DNA of 64,000 bases, taken from contig OZ024764.1 in the NCBI GenBank assembly GCA_964016885.1, positions 8,494,001 through 8,558,000 of the forward strand, given 5' to 3'. The notes under the pieces are model-generated. The model was not told the origin of the DNA. It searched no databases and saw only the letters and a list, made by a program, of their open reading frames with translations. Both the position numbers and the translations under genes were made by a program. Position 1 is the stretch's first letter, and every line of letters starts with the position of its first letter. Below are positions 1 through 15,347 of this stretch, piece by piece. Source of the DNA: Eledone cirrhosa (lineage: Eukaryota).

Positions 1-308
1 GTTGCTGCTGCTGCTGCTGTAGTTGCTCTCGCTGCTGTCCTTCTCATCTTAGTTCCCGCCGCCGCCACTGGTCCACCATCTTTGGTCTCAGTTGATTTTC
101 TCTTCACCGATTTCTGCCGATTCCTCGGCCAGTAATCATCATCATCACCATCACCACTCCCCTTCTCTACATCACCATCACTGCCACCACCATTATTTTC
201 ATCATCATCATCAACAACAACATCAACATCAACAGTGTGAGAGTTATCACCCCTGCCTTTACTTTTGACGTTTCTCTTTGCTTTTGATTCTTCTAAATAT
301 TCAGGTTC
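1..308 (-). CDS. XPC: XPC coding exon 21 (partial, acidic/low-complexity C-terminal tail)
   Basis: Acceptor tatgtag|GAACCT, phase 0; open frame EPEYLEESK...[10 protein letters not shown] to the window edge. Confidence 0.8.
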
Positions 309-3297
309 CTACATAGAGAGAAAATAATAATAATAATAATAATAATAATTGTTTCTACTTTAGGCACAAGGCCAGCAATTACCCCAGTACATTACTGGTA
401 CTTTATTTTATCGACTCTGTAAGGATGAAAGGCAAAGTTATAATAATAATAATTGTTTCTACTTTTGGCACAAGGCCAGCAATTACCCCAGTACATTACT
501 GGTACTTTATTTTATCGACTCCGTAAGGATGAAAGGCAAAGTTATAATAATAATAATTGTTTCTACTTTTGGCACAAGGCCAGCAATTACCCAGTACATT
601 ACTGGTACTTTATTTTATCGACTCTGTAAGGATGAAAGGCAAAGTTATAATAATAATAATTGTTTCTACTTTTGGCACAAGGCCAGCAATTACCCCAGTA
701 CATTACTGGTACTTTATTTTATCGACCCCGTAAGGATGAAAGGCAAAGTTATAATAATAATAATTGTTTCTACTTTTGGCACAAGGCCAGCAATTACCCC
801 AGTACATTACTGGTACTTTATTTTATCGACTCTGTAAGGATGAAAGGCAAAGTTATAATAATAATAATTGTTTCTACTTTTGGCACAAGGCCAGCAATTA
901 CCCCAGTACATTACTGGTACTTTATTTTATCGACTCTGTAAGGATGAAAGGCAAAGTTATAATAATAATAATTGTTTCTACTTTTGGCACAAGGCCAGCA
1001 ATTACCCCAGTACATTACTGGTACTTTATTTTATCGACCCCGTAAGGATGAAAGGCAAAGTTATAATAATAATAATTGTTTCTACATGAGGCACAAGGCC
1101 AGCAATTACCCCAGTACATTACTGGTACTTTATTTTATCGACTCTGTAAGGATGAAAGGCAAAGTTATAATAATAATAATTGTTTCTACTTTTGGCACAA
1201 GGCCAGCAATTACCCAGTACATTACTGGTACTTTATTTTATCGACCCCGTAAGGATGAAAGGCAAAGTTAACGTCGGCGGGATTTGAACTCATACATTAT
1301 ACAAAATAATGGTTTCTTATATAGGCACAAGGCCAGCAATTTTTGGGGGAGGAGAAAGTCGATTAAATCGACCCCAGTGCGTGACTGGGTACTTTATTTT
1401 ATCGACCCCATAAAGATGAAAGGCAAAGTTAACCTCGGCGGGATTTGAACTCAGATCGTAAAGGGACGTAACTATGCAGGAAAGCATAATAATAATAATA
1501 ATAATTGTTTCTACTTTAGGCACAAGGCCAGCAATTACCCCAGTGCATTACTGGTACTTTATTTTATCGACCCCGTAAGGATGAAAGGCAAAGTCAACCT
1601 CGGCGGGATTTGAACTCAGATCGTAAAGGGACGTAACTATGCTGGAAAGCATGTCCCACCCTCTACCACCTCGCCAGGATTTGAACTCAGATCGTAAAGG
1701 GACGTAACTATGCTGGAAAGCATGTCCCACCCTCTACCACCTCGCCAGGATTTGAACTCAGATCATAAAGGGACGTAACTATGCTGGAAAGCATGTCCCA
1801 CCCTCTACCACCTCGGTGGGATTTGAACTCAGATCATAAAGGGACGTAACTATGCTGGAAAGCATGTCCCACCCTCAACCACCTCGCCAGGATTTGAACT
1901 CAGATCATAAAGGGACGTAACTATGCTGGCAAGCATGTTCCACCCTCTACCACCTCGCCAGGATTTGAACTCAGATCATAAAGGGACGTAACTATGCTGG
2001 CAAGCATGTTCCACCCTCTACCACCTCGCCAGGATTTGAACTCAGATCATAAAGGGACGTAACTATGCTGGCAAGCATGTTCCACCCTCTACCACCTCGC
2101 CAGGATTTGAACTCAGATCATAAAGGGACATAACTATGCTGGAAAGCATGTCCCACCCTCTACCACCTCGGTGGGATTTGAACTCAGATCATAAAGGGAC
2201 GTAACTATGCTGGAAAGCATGTCCCACCCTCTACCACCTCGGTGGGATTTGAACTCAGATCATAAAGGGACGTAACTATGCTGGCAAGCATGTTCCACCC
2301 TCTACCAATACTGCCAATTCACCGAGGGCCGTAATTCTATACGTCAAAATAATGGTTTCATTTATTGGCCTCAGGGGCCGACACATAGGGGACAATACAG
2401 CAGACTGGGACAGCGGGGGGTTACAATAAAATCAAGTAAAAAGTACACAATAAAAAAACAATCAACAATAAACATATATAAAATTATATAAAAATATAAC
2501 AAAATAAATTCCCCAATAGGGGGCGCAGACCACTGAGGGGCAGCTCAGGTACCCCACCAATCCTGAACCACCTGACGCTGGGAAAGCACCCCTCGCCCTC
2601 TCAATTAATAATAACTAGCTGAGGTACCTGGCTTCACCCAGGAGAACAAAGAAAACAACTGTATTGGATGTGTTGTCTGGTTTACAGTATGAGGTGAGAC
2701 TGTAATGTGTGTGTGAGAGAGACATAAGCAAAACAATCGTAAAACTTCCTTATTAGGTTGGGGGAATAAACTGCTGATTAAATGGTAGCATTGGCCTTGG
2801 ATTTTAAATGTGAAATAACCATAGTCAGTATGATCTTATTCAGCCCCAAAGGACCTCATCTGAAACACAGCAATATACCACATAACATTGCTTCTGAAGT
2901 GTTTAGCTTTGATAGTACGGACTGTAAGTAGTATATGGATAAAAGCTGGAGGGTAGATTAATTTCAAATAGTATCAGTTTTTCTTTGTTCTGTAAAATCA
3001 GAGATTGTAAAACTACTTTATAAAAGCTAACTCAATATTGTTAAACCTTCCTATAGATCAAAGGATCTATAGTTTAAGCTGTTTCTAGACTTTTGTGGAA
3101 CATTACTCTCTCTCTCTCTGTATAACAGCCTATCTTTCTCTCTCTCTGAATATCTAACACTTTAATTGTATCTCTGAATATCTAACACTTTAATTGTATC
3201 TCTCTCTGTATAACGGTCTATCTCTCTTGTTCCGCCACTCCCTCTGTGTGTTTCTCTCTCTCTTTAGATGTGTGTGTGTGTATGTGTATGTATTTGT

Positions 3298-3335
<38 letters not shown>

Positions 3336-3361
3336 ATTTGTGTGTGTGTGTATTTGTGTCT

Positions 3362-3398
<37 letters not shown>

Positions 3399-3410
3399 TT
3401 GTGTGTCTGT

Positions 3411-3445
<35 letters not shown>

Positions 3446-3454
3446 GTGTGTCTG

Positions 3455-3522
<68 letters not shown>

Positions 3523-6500
3523 TTGTGTGTGTGTGTAGTTTTCTTGTGATTCAACCAACAAATAAACATCTTTCTTTCATATTATATTATATATAATGGT
3601 TTCTGATTTAGACACAAGGCCAGCAATTTTAGGGGAGAGGAAAGTCGATTAAATCAACCCCAGTACATGACTGGTACTTTATTTTATCAACCCCTTAAGG
3701 ATGAAAGGCAAAGCTGACCTCAGCGGGATTTGAGATAAAGATCCAGAACTCTATGCTGTGAAGCAAGGATAATGACTCTTAATTTAGCTACAACCCCAGA
3801 ATGTTTTTTTGTGTGTGAGGGGAGGGCATATTCGATTAAATGGATCCCCCACCCCACCTACATTACTGGTACTACAGTTTACTGACCTTGGAAGGAAGAA
3901 AAGCAAAATTGATCTTGGTGGGATTTGAACTCAGAATGTAAAGAGAGATAGATGGAAGGAGAGATAGAAAATAAAATCCGATTATGGAAACTGAATTTGG
4001 AATGAAAATGTCTGAGAGTAAACTTATCCAAAATTGAAATGTTAGCGAGTAGGAGAGAAGACAGAACCCAGATTCCATCAGGGAAGTAGCCATGCTCAAT
4101 ATGCAGGACAGGAGTAGGCATAAACTCCAAATAATGTACACAATGTAAATGTTGGATACACAAAAGATGTAGTGGGATAACAAGTAGACTAACAGGGAGG
4201 GAGAACTTTGCTTGTAGAAGATGCACAGGAGAAATTGAGAGGAAGAGTGTTTGTGATATAAACCTTTTCCAGTCACAGGAAGGATCCAGAGATATAGTTG
4301 ATAGCTTCTGCTATCTAGGGGACCTAATTAGCAGCAGAGGAGGATGCACCAAGAGTATAATAGCTAAAATAAGGATAGGATGGAAGAAGTTTAGAGAGCC
4401 TCTTCCACTGTTGATAACAACAGGTTTCTCCCTGCGTACAAAAGGAAGGCTGTATGATGCCTGTGTTAGGTGCGCAATGCTGCATGGTTGTGAAAATGGG
4501 CTGTGACTGCAGAAGATATGTGTACACTGGAGAGAAATGGAGCAACCATGTTTCGTTGAATGTGCAATGTAAATGTGAGAGAAAGGCAAAGCTTGGACAA
4601 ACTGAGAGAGAAACTGGGTTTAAGAGGAATCAGAAGTGGTGCGCAGGAGAGAAGACTGCGTGGTATGGACATATGATGTGTATGGGCAATGACTGGTGGG
4701 TGAAGAAAAGCCAGGAAATCCCAGTGGAAAGAAGCTGCACTAGAGGATGACAAAGAAAGACCTGGGCAGAGGTTGTGAGAGAGGATCTCAAATTGCTAAA
4801 ACTGGCAGAGGATATGATGAAGGAACGCGACACATGGAGAGGTGCCATGCTGAGAAGGACCTGTCCAACCCATGCAAGCATGGAAAAGCAGACGTAAAAA
4901 TGATGATGATGATGATGTAAATAGAGATAGAATAGAGAGAAGGAGAAATAGAGGAATATAGATGAGCAGGGAGACAGCAGGAAAGATAGGTAGGTAGATA
5001 GAAAGAGATAGAGAGTGGGAGGGGAAGAGAAAGAGATAAATAGAAAGAAGAAGGGGTGGTGATAAACCCCAGTTAATTACTACCTCACACCTGTAATAAG
5101 ATAGAGGGGGATGAAAGACGCCATACCTGTAAGTCGTACTTCCTCTTCAAAGCTTCTCGTATTCTCAATCCACGGATCAACTTCTTCCAGTTGCCATAGA
5201 TACGCTTCTCACGTTTCTGACAAAACAACAACAATCATAATACAATAAAGTAAAGAGTGCGGGACTGTGTCCTGTTTATATTTTTTTATCCCGTTAGTAA
5301 AATAAATTGGATTACTTTGAATAAATAATGAATGAATATTACATAATTTATCTACTAAATTTCGTAGCTGTTGAATAAACAAATATTTTTATATATAATG
5401 GTTGCTTATTTTAACATTCACTTCTTTTAAAATTTTCAAATGTCTACACTTCCGGTTAGCATCCGTTATATCATAACACTTATTATATCACTTATATAAA
5501 CATTCATATATTTGTATCGTTATATAAGGTTTCATTACATGTCACCGTAATCCAGTTTATATATAAAATCTCATCTTTTTTTAATATATCATGGATTACT
5601 TTACTGATTACATAAGACAGTGTAACACAGTCTCTCTTCAATTTCTGTGTATATTGTCAATTACAATTTTATTTGATGTATCATATCTACATGTATGTAT
5701 ATTGGTGTATAATATCAATATACACACTACAAATGCTAGCAGAAAATCACCTGAAGGGTGATTTTTCTGCTAGTAATAATAATAATAATTCTTTTTACTT
5801 TTGGCACAAGGCCAGCAATTACTCAGTGCATTACTGGTACTTTATTTTATCTCATAACTGTTTCTACTTTTGGCACAAGGCCAGCAATTACCCAGTGCAT
5901 TACTGGTACTTTATTTTATCTCATAATTGTTTCTACTTTTGGCACAAGGCCAGCAATTACCCAGTGCATTACTGGTACTTTATTTTATCTCAATTGTTTC
6001 TACTTTTGGCACAAGGCCAGCAATTACCCAGTGCATTACTGGTACTTTATTTTATCTCAATTGTTTCTACTTTTGGCACAAGGCCAGCAATTACCCAGTG
6101 CATTACTGGTACTTTATTTTATCGATCCCCGTAAGGATGAAAGTCAAAGTTAGCCTCAGTAGGATTTGAACTCAGACTGTAAAGGGTTGTAACCCTATGC
6201 TGCAAAGCATGGCGTAGAGTTACGACCCTTTACAATAATAATTGTTTCTACTCTTGGCATAAGGCCAGCAATTACCCAGTGTATTACTGGTACTTTATTT
6301 TATCAACCCTGGAAGGATGAAAGGCAAAGTTAACCTCGGCGGGATTTGAACTCAGATCATACAGGGAGGTAACTATGCTTCAAAGCATGGCATCCGACGC
6401 TCTACCGATACTGACAATCCACCGCCTTACAATTATAATAAGAAGAAGAAGAATGGTTTTTGATTTAGGCACAAGGCTAGCAATTTTGGAGAAGAGGAAA

Positions 6501-9500
6501 GTCAATTAAATCGACCTCAGTGCATGACTGGTACTTTATTTTATGAACCCCGTAAGGATGAAAGGCAAAGTTAAACTTGGTGAGATTTGAACTCAGATTG
6601 TAAAGGGACATAACTCTATGCCACAGCATGTTGTCTGGCGTGAGTTGCTGTGTGAATAGGACCCGTCCCACCCTTGCAAGCAGGGAAAAGTGGACATAAA
6701 ATGATGATGATGATGGTGATGATGGAGGTGGTGATGATGATGATGGAGGTGGTGATGATGGTGGAGGTGGTGATGATGGTGGAGGTGGTGATGATGATGA
6801 TGATGATGGTGGTGGTGATGATGGTGATGGAGGTGGTGATGATGGTGGAGCTGATGATGATGATGGTAGTGATGATGGTGGTGATGATGGTCATGATGGA
6901 GGTGGTGATGATGGTGGAGCTGATGATGGTGAAGGTGATGATGATGATGGATGAATGAATACTTACAGCAGTTTCTCTCTCTTTAGCAAGTTGTTGTTCC
7001 TTTTGCCATTCTTCAAGGACCTTCTCTCTGTGTTCTACACACACCACCCAACCATCAAACCTGAAATATTAACAAGATTAGACAGACATCTAAGGTTACC
7101 AGACATTGATGGGGGAGGGGGGGGATACCCTCCCCTCCATCTCGAGTACCTACACACCCACCCAAAATACATCCTCTATCTCCACCTCATTTCATTCACA
7201 AACACCTCTCCACTCCACTCGGTGCCCTTCCCCACCACCACCACCACCACCACCACACCTACTACTACCACCACTACCACCATATATAATATATTAGCTG
7301 CAGTACCCGGTAAAGGTGGGGTTATTTGCAGTTCCCAGAGTGCGCCTGAAAATGCTAGCGACCCTGGGCAACATACTGGATTTTCAATAGCAACCTTAGC
7401 TAAGTCTATTTATGGCAGATCAATTTTTTGTGGGGAACTATCAATAGCTGTTTAAGTCATAAGTCCTTCTTCCATCCAGCTTTCTTCGTTCAGAGTGAAT
7501 AAGCTGGGGAAGTTTGAGTTCGAAGAGTATTGAACTTATTCAACAAACTTGTGTATAAGAATAGCAAACTTACAGCCTTGGGGCTCGAGTATCGAACTTA
7601 TTCAACAAACTTGTGTATAAGAATAGCAAACTTACAGCCTTAGCGCTCAAGAACAAACACAGAACAATTGAGGAAGTCACCGCAATTATTTAAGAAATTG
7701 TAATCGAGTGAACATATTCAGGTACTGTTCAAGCACCCTGTATATCACCGTTTGTAAAGCCCTTCGACTGACTGAAGCAATTCAATAAAACCATCCCGTT
7801 TTCCTCCTATAGTAGACATAACCCGAGAAAACACACCATAATAAGTCGGATAAACAATCAGAAGTGTTGGCCCTAAAGAGGGCCTTGTAATGTTCACTGT
7901 TGCAAAGTGTCAATAATGGGGGAGAAGTTACATCTTAATTCATGTTAATCTACCCACGATCCAACACCTCGAAATATCAACAAAATAAACTCTACTCTCA
8001 CTCAAAGACAACATGTTAGAATTAACATGCCGGGAGTACGAATATTCGTCAACATGCGATTTGGGTTTTATTCTTCGGACTAATCTCCTGGTAAGCCAGC
8101 TTCCAGGTCATTGATCATCACACTTTGTTGTAACTTATCACCGATTCCTGCAGTTGACCTTAATGTGACCTAAGCGTGTGCACGTGTTCAGAATCCATAT
8201 CAGTGGATCTAATATATATATATATAAACACAGAGACATCTGTTCAGTTGTCAACCAAAATTAGATTGCCGTCTGCTTTGTTTGAAATTTCTTTATGTAT
8301 ATTTCTAATAAGTTGTTGCCTCATTTTGGAGGACTGAGTTGTGGGGGGAGGAAGAAGAGTAGTGGGAGGGAGGGTTTAACATACAGCAGAAGTAGTATCT
8401 CCTCTTCCCCCTCTCTCACTGAAACGTCTTCTCTTTCCTCCTCCATTGTAAAGATATCTCCAGGGGATCCATTATTGATTTTTATTAAAATCCAATTAGC
8501 CAGTCCTGTTTCTGAATATTAGCTTAACACGTGTGTAAAGTTTCATCAGGATCGGATCACTGGTGTAGGCGCCAACTGGTTATACACAGATACACAGACA
8601 GACGGAAAATGCCATTTATATAGTAGATGATACTTACAAAGGGTGTGAAGATCCTCCATGGAAGTCCCAGCCAACCATGGCAGCAGCACAGTCAATACCT
8701 AACTTCCTGGCGACACGGTTGAGACCTGGCTCTGGGGTGGGAGAGAGAGAGTAGAGAGTATAGGAGAGTGGTAGTCGGAGTATAGGAGAGTGAGTATAGG
8801 AAGGAGATAGGAGAGAGTAGAGAGTATAGGAGAGCGAGTATAGAAGGAGATAGGAGAGTAGAGAGTATAGGAGAGTGGTAGTCGGAGTATAGGAGCGCGA
8901 GTATAGGAAGGAGATAGGAGAGAGTAGAGAGTATAGGAGAGCGAGTATAGAAGGAGATAGGAGAGTAGAGAGTATAGGAGAGTGGTAGTCGGAGTATAGG
9001 AGCGCGAGTATAGGAAGGAGATAGGAGAGAGTAGAGAGTATAGGAGAGCGAGTATAGAAGGAGATAGGAGAGTAGAGAGTATAGGAGAGTGGTAGTCGGA
9101 GTATAGGAGCGCGAGTATAGGAAGGAGATAGGAGAGAGTAGAGAGTATAGGAGAGCGAGTATAGAAGGAGATAGGAGAGTAGAGAGTATAGGAGAGTGGT
9201 AGTCGGAGTATAGGAGCGCGAGTATAGGAAGGAGATAGGAGAGAGGGAGAGAGAGTAAAGGCGGAGGAGAGAGAGAAAGGAAAATGAGAGTGGGAGATAG
9301 AGAGAGAGAAGGCAAGAGAGTACGCGAGAGAAGGGTGAGAAAAGATAAAAATACATACAACACAGGGAGATACAGACTTTATGTATATATCCTCATCATC
9401 ATCGTTTAACATCTATCTTCCATGCTAGCATGGGTTAGACAGATTTGTCCCATTTGAGGCAAGTTTGGCAACTTTTCTACAGCTGGATGCCCTTCCTAAT

Positions 9501-12500
9501 GCCAACCACATTTACTGAGTGGACTGGGTGCTTTTTGTTGTGACACCTACATGACCTCTTTACAGTGTGGACTGAGTGCTTTTTGTCGTGACACCTACAT
9601 TACCACTTTACAGTGTGGACTGGGTGCTTATTGTTGTGACACCTACATGACCACTTTACAGTGTGGACTGGGTGCTTATTGTTGTGACACCTACATGACC
9701 ACTTTAGTGTGGACTGAGTGCTTTTTGTCGTGACACCTACATTACCACTTTACAGTGTGGACTGGGTGCTTATTGTTGTGACACCTACATGACCACTTTA
9801 GTGTGAACTGAGTGCTTTTTGTCGTGACACCTACATGATCACTTTACAGTGTGGACTGAGTGCTTTTTGTCGTGACACCTACATGACCACTTTACAGTGT
9901 GGACTGAGTGCTTTTTGTCATGACACCTACATGACCACTTTACAGTGTGGACTGAGTGCTTTTTGTTGTTACACCTACATGACCTCTTTACAGTGTGGAC
10001 TGAGTGCTTTTTGTCGTGACACCTACATGACCTCTTTACAGTGTGGACTGAGTGCTTTTTGTCATGACACCTACTTGACCACTTTACAGTGTGGACTGGG
10101 TACTTTTTGTCATGACACCTACTTGACCACTTTACAGTGTGGACTGAGTGCTTTTTGTCGTGACACCTACATGACCTCTTTACAGTGTGGGCTGGGAGCT
10201 TATTGTTGTGACACCTACATGACCACTTTACAGTGTGGCACTGGGTACTTTTTGTCGTGACACCTACATGACCTCTTTACAGTGTGGACTGAGTGCTTAT
10301 TGTTGTGACACCTACATGACCTCTTTACAGTGTGGACTGGGTGCTTTTTGTCGTGACACCTACATGACCTCTTTACAGTGTGGGCTGGGAGCTTATTGTT
10401 GTGACACCTACATGACCACTTTACAGTGTGGCACTGGGTACTTTTTGTCATGACACCTACATGACCTCTTTACAGTGTGGACTGGCTGCTTTTTGTCGTG
10501 ACAGCTACATGAACACATATATATAATTATTCAATTTTCATTTGTGTAATCCATCAAATTGATTGCTCAACAAGAATCAAAGACCACTTACAGTAGTGTT
10601 TAATCAATGTACGGATTATTGCAATTGATAGATCCTGTGGTAGTTATACTATAGGTTCCAAGTGTAATAATTTACAGAGTGTATACAGAAAATTACAAAA
10701 ATATTATTAAAAACACCATAATCCAGCTGAGTGTGAATAGCTTTCATTGCATAACACACGTGCTTCATCATATGTATTACATATAAATGAAGCCACAATT
10801 GTGCATTGTTGCATAATAAATGCAGACAGTGGATGTTGTGTACTCTATTGCTGCATTAAGTATGGCCGAAACCCGAGTACGGGTAAAGATTGAAGGTACC
10901 CATTTAAGTGTTTTGTAATGAAGCGAATAACTATGTATCTACTCTGGGGGTTTACTTAACATTACCTATTGAGTACGCTGAGATGTAACCGGTCCTAGCA
11001 GTGATACTCATACTAGTTCCGTCAACTTATTATATCATCATCATCATCATCATCATTATTTTACGTCCGCTTTTCCCTATATATACATATCTATATTAAA
11101 GAAGAATTATCAACAGTTTCATAATACATGTATTCAACGACAAAAATCCATAATCATTCATCATCATCATCGTTTAACGTCCATATTCCACGCTTGCATG
11201 GGTTTGGATGGGAGTTTTCCCGCTTGAGGCAAGATTGGTCGTCTCACTCGCATAGGACTGTCTGGCGGGTTTTCTACGGCTGGATGCCCTTCCTAACACC
11301 AACCACGTTTACAGTGTGGACTGCGAGGTTTTTACCGTGTTACCTACACGGCCACATTACAGCATGGACTGTGTGTGTTTTTTGTCGTGACACCTACACA
11401 ACCTCATTTGTTTCGGGCTGGATGTTGTGGTACCAACATAACTTTACATTGAAAGGGGTGGTGTGGATGGGGTGGGGGTAGTGGGACGGGGGTGTATTTT
11501 GTTAGAGGTGCCAACTGACTGTAGTAGGTTACACTTTGTACTTAGCTAAGGCGGGTCTTCTCTATTACTGTGTAGCGCCAAAGATCTCGGTCCAGTAACA
11601 TTGTCTTGGAGAGGTGTAAGTGTGTAAAGTCGGAATTTATCAAGTCGTCCCAGGTTTTTCTGGGTCTGCCTACTTCGTGGCTACCGTCTATTTTTATTGC
11701 CCTGCACTTTTTTATGTATATATATGTGTGTGTGTGTAAGCATCACGTGATTAGGAGACAGTTGTGGAATCTGAAAATTTAATTGAATTAGTAAATTTTA
11801 CCCCGTTTATATTTGTTATGAAATGAGATGGTTTTCTACACAGGCTAATCCCCATTGTTCCCCTTGCATGTTCTTATGTCCTTGATATCTAGCTTTTAAT
11901 TTTGAATTGATTAGGTGAAATAAATGTTGGAAAATTTACATTTTCAGTATTTGTTTGAAATATATTAAACATATTTTTCATTACTTATATATATATATAA
12001 GTAATGAAAAATATGTTTAATATATATATAAAGGGCATCCAACCAGTGTATCAATGCCAAAACGATTATAAGCACAGAAAACAAGTATATAGGAACAACA
12101 AAATATGAAGACGTCGCATCTCAGAGTTGCAACACTTAATGTCTTAATGTCCCACCCTTGCAAGCAGGGAAAAGCAGACGTATGATGATGATGATGATGA
12201 TGATGATAGAGAGAGAGAGAGAGAGAGAGAGATAGCTGTACCTGTTAAGTGGACTGTTCCAGCCGGTAACATGGAGGGTTTGTATAGCTCAACATTTCCG
12301 TATTCATTGCGAGGGATTTTACCCTGAAAGGAGAAAGAATATATTTTTTTATCAAAGAAATTTCTTTTTTTTTCTGTCACTGTTTACTCTCTAAACCAAG
12401 CCTTACTCTCTAAACCAAACAATAATGAAGTATTATATATCAAATATTATATATAGTGAAGTATTATATATATAATCACATATTATATATTTACACACAA

Positions 12501-12643
12501 GTAAAACTTACATCAACCGCTGGGGGTGGAACATAAACCTCAGTTTGCCAAAATCCAAACACCTCCAGATCCAAAGCATCAGGGTTTTCTTTGGGTTTAT
12601 TCTAGAATTTAAAAAAAAAAAATAATAATGATAATACACACAC

Positions 12644-12675
<32 letters not shown>

Positions 12676-13201
12676 CTAGCGTGGAAGATAGACGTTAAAT
12701 GATGATGATATATATATATATATATATAATTGTTTCTACTTTAGGCACAAGGCCAGCAAATACCCAGTGCATTACTGGTACTTTATTTTATCGACCCCGT
12801 AAGGATGAAAGGCAAAGTTAACCTCGGCGGGATTTGAACTCAGACTGCAAAGGGACGTAACTATGCTAGAAAGCATGGCGTCCAACTCTCTACCAATACT
12901 GCCAATTCTGGAGTTATATTTGTGTTTTATATATATATCTATATATATGTATATATATACATATATAAATACATATATATATATATGCACCAAGCATAGA
13001 TGGGTTGAGAGAGAAACTGTGTATAAGAGGGATAAGCTGTAAACCTGGTTGGTGTTAGGCATCCAGCCGTTGAAAACCTGCCAGATACACACCTATACGA
13101 GCGAGACACGGTCACCCGACCAGTCTTGCCTCAGATGGGACAATTCCCATCTAACCCATGCCAGCGTGGAAGATAGACATTAAACGATGATGATGATGAT
13201 G

Positions 13202-13232
<31 letters not shown>

Positions 13233-13579
13233 TAATATATATATAAGACGGCGTATATATGTGTTGGTATGTATATTTAATCTTGATAGTTTGTATAATT
13301 TTGTATAATTTTGTACATAGATCTGTTGAATATGCATGCCAATTCTAACACATATATATCCTAGAAACGATCGTTAAATAATGAACTTTTTTTGTTTAAT
13401 ATAAGGAACTGTTTCATTGTTTTATTCATTATTTGTTTAATATTTTATCTTGACTCTGTATACCGTTTATCTTTCACCGAAAGTGATTTTTCATTACATC
13501 TCTTCTTTCCATGATATCCGGAATACATTGAGTTCTTCATACGGATTGGACACTACCGTAAACTCTTGGTAGATTTATC

Positions 13580-13622
<43 letters not shown>

Positions 13623-13764
13623 GTTTCTACTTTTTGCACAAGGCCAGCAATTACCCCAGTCAGTGTATTACTGGTACTCTATTTTATCGACCCCGTAAGG
13701 ATGAAAGGCAAAGTTAACCTCGGCGGGATTTGAACTCAGATCATAAAGGGTTGTAACTCTATGC

Positions 13765-13806
<42 letters not shown>

Positions 13807-15312
13807 TGTTCCGAGGCCATAGTATCTAGAATAAGGACGGGTTGGAAGAAGTTTAGGAAGTTGCTTCCTCTGTTGACAAAGAAGGGTTTCTCCCTGCGTA
13901 TGAAAGGCCGGTTATATGATGCCTGTGTGAGGTGCGCGATGCTGCATGGTAGTGTGGCATGGACAGCAACTGCAGAGGATATGAAATGAAGCAAGCATGC
14001 TCTGTTGGATGTGCAATCTTAATGTGCGTGAACGACCAAGCATGGCTGAGTAGAGAGAGAAACTGTGTATAAGAGGGATAAGTTGTGGTGTGTGGGAGAG
14101 AAGACTGAGATGGCATGGACATGTGATGTGTTGAGAGAGAAACTGTGTATAAGAGGGATAAGTTGTAGTGTGTGGGAGAGAAGACTGAGATGGCATGGAC
14201 ATGTGATGTGTTGAGAGATAAACTGTGTATAAGAGGGATAAGTTGTGGTGTGTGGGAGAGAAGACTGAGATGGTATGGACATGTGATGTGTTGAGAGAGA
14301 AACTGTGTATAAGAGGGATAAGTTGTAGTGTGTGGGAGAGAAGACTGAGATGGTATGGACATGTGATGTGTTGAGAGAGAAACTGTGTATAAGAGGGATA
14401 AGTTGTGGTGTGTGGGAGAGAAGACTGAGATGGTATGGACATGTGATGTGTTGAGAGAGAAACTGTGTATAAGAGGGATAAGTTGTAGTGTGTGGGAGAG
14501 AAGACTGAGATGGTATGGACATGTGATGTGTTGAGAGAGAAACTGTGTATAAGAGGGATAAGTTGTGGTGTGTTGGAGAGAAGACTGAGATGGTATGGAC
14601 ATGTGATGTGTTGAGAGAGAAACTGTGTATGAGAGGAATAAGTTGTGGTGTGTGGGAGAGAAGGCTGAGATGGTATGGACATTTGATGTGCATGGAGGAT
14701 GACCACTGGGTAAAGAAGTGCTAAGAGATCCCAGTAGAAGGTAGACGCAGTAGAGGAAGACCACGAAAAACATGGGCGGAGGTGGTAAGAGCTGACCTCA
14801 GATCGCTGAAGCTCACGGAGGAGATGACGAAGGACCGTGATAAGTAGAGAGATGCTGTGCTGAACAGGACCCGTCACACCCTTGCAAGCAGGGAAAAGCA
14901 GACATAAAATGATGATGATGATGATATATATATATATACATATATGTATAAAAATGTTGAGGGTTGGTGAAATAAATTACTACCACTACAGGAATTGAAT
15001 AATCAAAACCGTAGCGGTATGTCCCATATCCAATCTCTCATATATTTTATTTGATGAAAACGTACTTAAACACCATAGTACCTTTGAAATATGTATAATA
15101 AAATAGATATTTTGGTTATGAGAATATTTTTCATTTATTAACATTTTGAATAATATATATATATTTATGTAATAAACAACATAAGGCAATTATTTCATTT
15201 ACCAGTGGTTTCTTAAATGAAATAATTGCCTTATGTTGTTTATTACATAACTATTAAGCTCTGCTACATAGAGCACTCTTTTTTCCTGGACCTTTCCGAC
15301 GGAATTACTTCA

Positions 15313-15347
<35 letters not shown>

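Noticed and set aside
8634-9412. 220-240-aa Leu/Ser/Tyr-rich ORFs
   Set aside because: They come from a pyrimidine-rich tandem repeat; only the terminal part (8638-8731) is a real XPC exon.
9551-10453. Cys-rich repetitive ORFs ([11 protein letters not shown]), also at 36227, 38800-41000 and 53000-54300
   Set aside because: They are translations of the 48/49-bp RTE 3'UTR minisatellite.
10864-10890. CGAAA-CCCG-AGTA-CGGG-TA (hammerhead 3' half); similar GAAA-CGATCG-TT at about 13364
   Set aside because: No matching CUGAnGA or stem I upstream; possibly truncated remnants, but unsupported.
13853-14877. Three overlapping 220-320-aa minus-strand ORFs
   Set aside because: They are antisense readings of the 80-bp tandem array in a dead RTE copy.
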